In this document: one piece after another, positions 60,651-64,000 of the stretch | How positions within the stretch are numbered: position 1 is the stretch's first letter | How the letters are laid out: every line of letters begins with the position of its first letter | NCBI GenBank assembly: GCA_050230475.1 | Contig: JBFLGF010000053.1 | Location: 1-64,000 of the forward strand | Length of the DNA: 64,000 bases | Source of the DNA: Ancylonema sp. | Taxonomy: Eukaryota | Reading direction: 5' to 3' | Notes under the pieces: model-generated | What the model saw: only the letters and a program-made list of their open reading frames with translations | Told to the model about the DNA's origin: nothing | The model's database searches: none | Translations under genes and position numbers: made by a program

Positions 60651-63295
60651 TCATGGCAGGTAGACCCGCCACTTGCGGAAGGCAACCACTATCGCCAGCA
60701 ACTCCTTGTCGTAGATAGGGTAGTTCAACTCTACATCGCAAAACTTCCACGAGTAGTAGGCGAGGGGGTGGAGCTCGCCTGCCTCGACAGTATGGGAGAG
60801 GACACAGCCCACACCGAAGTCTGAAGCATCTCCTTCAATGGTAAGGGGGAGGGATGGGTGGACGTGGCGCAAGACAGGCGTTGTGGTGAAGGCGGCCTTC
60901 AGTGCCTGGAAGGAGGCCTCAACTGCAGGCGTTCACTCAAACTTGGCCCCCTTGCGGATCAGGGAGGTAAGGGGGCAAGCCACTGTAGAGTAGCTAGCGA
61001 TGAACTTCCGGTAGAAGTTAGCAAAGCCTAAGAAGAACAGCACCTCCTTGACTGACTCGGGAGTTGGCCAGTCAAGGAGTGATGCCACTTTCTCGGGGTC
61101 CATCTCCACGCCTGGAGGGGAGATCCGGTAGCCTAGGAAGCTGATGGTGTCCACATGGAACCCGTATTTCTCGATTTTCGCATAGAGTTTGTGCTTCCGT
61201 AGGAATGCCAAGACTGCACGGACGTGGGGGACGTGCTCCTCGGGGGTGTCTGAGTAGATTATCATGTCGTTGAGCATGCCTGCTAGGAAGAATGCATCCC
61301 TACTCCCTATACACGTCTCTGATAAAGGAAGGAAAGGCTGCGGGGGCATTGGTCGGCCCGAAAGGGCAAACCTAGTACTCGAAATGCCCATAGCGATAGC
61401 GAAACGCGGTCTTGTATTCATCCCCCTCCTTGACCCGCAACTGGTGATAGGCATTGCGCAAGTCGATTTTGGTGAAGACCTTGGCGCTATGCAGGCGATC
61501 TAGCAGCTCAGGTATGAGGGGCAAAGGGCAGCGGTTTTTTATAGTCACTGCATTGAGCTTCCTGTAGTCCACGCATAACCGGAGCTTCCCATCCGGCTTC
61601 TTAATGAACCTTACAAGAGCCCCACCCGGGCTGGTAGACGGCCGGATGAAGCCGTTTGCCAAGTTGTCTTTTATGTAAGCCTTGAGGGCAGCCAGCTCCG
61701 GCTGTGACAAGAATTAGATCGGGCCCCAGGGGGGTTCCTTGCCAAGCATGAGTTGGATCTGCAGGTCGTAGGGTCTGTGGGGGGGGAGGGTATTGGTATT
61801 GCAAGCTCGGAGAACACGTCTGCAATGTCGTGATACTCCGGGGGGAGCTTGGATAACAGGGCAGGGTTTGGGGGGGTATGCACAGCGGCTAAAACTGCAG
61901 GTTTTGGCTGGGGATCGGGAGGGGGAGGGGGTGGGGGGGGGGGGGGGAACTGGAGTGGATGCACTAGGCAGCACACTCGGAACTAGTGAAAGACAGGGTG
62001 CTTGTCTGGCAGTCTATAGGGGGGTTGTACTTGTGCACCCAGGGGAAGCCAAAGACGACCGGGCAGTGGGCCAGGCGGGTGACATCCAAGGTAATGGTTT
62101 TTGTATGGTTTTCTGGGGATCTGCTATAGGCTGGGAAATAACAAGTGATCGGACTCGCAGCCGGAGGGCTGCCATCTTTGAGTTCGACATATTTATATGT
62201 TCAGAGTGGGGGTGGGGGTTGGTTAGGAGGTTGTTGTCTGCCAGAATCTGAGGGTCGATGAAGTTTCCTGACGCCCCGGAGTCGTTCAACTCCTTGACAC
62301 GTATGGGGGGACGGGGATATCGGAGTAATGGCAGGTGAGCAAGAGCTGGCGGGGTTGGAGGAAGGGGGAGGGTAGGGAAAGGGGACCCGCAAAGCCCCCT
62401 CCTAGGACTGTGTGGGGGGTTCATTTTTTAGCTCCGCAGGCTGCAGGTCTAGGAAGCGCCCGGTGCGAGCCTTGCCTTTATTGGGACAGGTCCGTGTGAC
62501 GTGAGCCGGCAGACCGCAGTAGTGGCATAGGTTACCGGCAACCTGGCGAGCCATCTCAGTTGGCTCCACTTTTAGGATCTAGCGGCGGGTTCCATCGATG
62601 TCCATGGGGACAATTTGCAAGTGAGAGGGGATGTGCTGGGGAGACTAATCAGCAGCTCTGGCCTGGGGGGGGATGTATGCAGGTTTGGAGGGCCGATCCA
62701 CACTGCTCGCAGCCATACCGTTCTCCGCCTTCTTGACAAAGGTAACGTACCCAGATAAGGCTGGAGGGGGGTCTTGCACCTTGAGGATCTCCCAACGAAG
62801 CTCAGGCTTGAGTTTCTCGAAAAAGGTGTAGATACAAGGGTGGCCAAGCCAGTGGGGAAAGGTCTACAATGGCTCTGAACTGGACGGTGATGCCTGACAC
62901 TAAGCTAGTTTGTCCGAGCTCGCGCAGATGTCGTTCTTTGATGAGGCGAGTATCCCCCTCCCCAAAGCAGTCCTGAAGGTCCTTCAGCAGCCTGGTACCA
63001 CCGAACTCCTCTGGGAGGTCACCATTGTCGTCTAAGTAGTTAGAGTGTTAGGACCCTCGCTACAGTCACTAGGGCTCCTTAGCGAGGTCCCCACACTTAG
63101 CGTTAGAGCGCTACTAGCTCAGTTTTCCCTATAGCGAGTTCTGTCAGCGCAAGTCGATCGGGGGTCTACCGAGGACCGAGGTCTACCGTTTCTTAACCCA
63201 GACACTGGCAGAAACACCGTGACACAGACATGGACGAAGACACGAGTGGAGACTCTGCTTCGGTTCAAAAACGAGGATAACTGGTCGTAGCAACA
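60651..63295 (-). mobile_element. Decayed Ty3/Gypsy (Tf2/chromovirus-like) element, 3'-truncated; candidate 5' LTR 63295-63046
   Basis: Zinc knuckle CHYCGLPAHVTRTC, protease DSGASGNFID, RT ([21 protein letters not shown]; YxDD decayed to MLND), RNase H (DASDFGVG, NYPIYDKELLAIV). Many stops and frameshifts; LTR candidate TGTT...AACA. Confidence 0.9.
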
Positions 63296-63422
63296 GCGAA
63301 TCGCTGCATATAGGAATGTCCCGATCACACGGTGTAGTCGACGTATGCATCACTGGCGGGTCAGCTGAACAGCAAGCACATTGCAGCAACACGAAACCAG
63401 CAATGAGTGCACGGATTCGCAC

Positions 63423-63557
63423 CTGGAACAAACCCTCGCTCCTTGAATTCATCTCCGTGACTGGTCCCATCGTTGGACGGTGACTTGTCCCCAAGGCTCC
63501 GGAGACGAGTGAAGTCAATGCGAATGCAGCAAAGGCGTACCGCACTGCGGTCGCCAT
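63423..63557 (-). CDS. Probable first coding exon of a secretory/type II membrane protein
   Basis: MATAVRYAFAAFALTSLVSGALG hydrophobic leader and phase-0 CAG|GTGCG donor. May belong to the fucosyltransferase-like gene. Confidence 0.45.
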
Positions 63558-64000
63558 TTTACAAGAAAACACCCCGATGAAAGACTTGGCGTGTGCGAGT
63601 GTGCATGCAAAGTGAAGAAATGTCTACAGACAATTTGTAGTCTACGTGCGGACTACCTGCACGACGATTCTGAGAGTCTGGAGACTGGAGGATACTCAAG
63701 AAAGCTGGATGGTCAGCGAAGGGAAAGTTGAGACCTTGAATTTGTCCGGCACTGCTGAATGTGTACGGTATTGTACGGCCGTGGTCATGCAAAAGTCGTG
63801 TTCTTTTCCCCGCGTACGTGTCGTTATAAACGAACGATTCGGAACTTAGGGCGAAACACGAGAGAAATCCGAAGGACGGGCACAACATCGCACCTCCGAC
63901 TGCCCGCAATCTAATCCGGACAAATCGGAAACTAAACATTCGCTTACGTGGCAGATATATTGCTCAGATTATGTTGAGGCAGTAATGTAATTCATTTTGC

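Overview
This is eukaryotic, intron-containing, TE-rich DNA, most consistent with a streptophyte alga or non-seed plant (inferred from the gene set). Host genes recognised: importin beta-1, carboxypeptidase Q (M28), a PTST2/FLO6-like gene with a degenerate CBM48, HEATR6, signal peptide peptidase-like 1, p24beta, and the last exon of an alpha-1,6-fucosyltransferase-like gene beside a 1-N assembly break at 60489. There are also a few weak orphan gene models. Intergenic space holds many nested MITEs (Tc1/mariner-, hAT- and Harbinger-type), a Harbinger transposase with one nonsense codon, a decayed Ty3/Gypsy, and two copies of a gag-protease LTR-like family. The standout feature is a non-autonomous Ty1/Copia element (33376-36864) with both LTRs, PBS and PPT. 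Its protease/integrase region is replaced by an intronless, antisense, 5'-truncated expansin ORF, and it is inserted into an older inverted LTR of its own family. All calls were made by eye with no database searches, so exon borders and identities are approximate.
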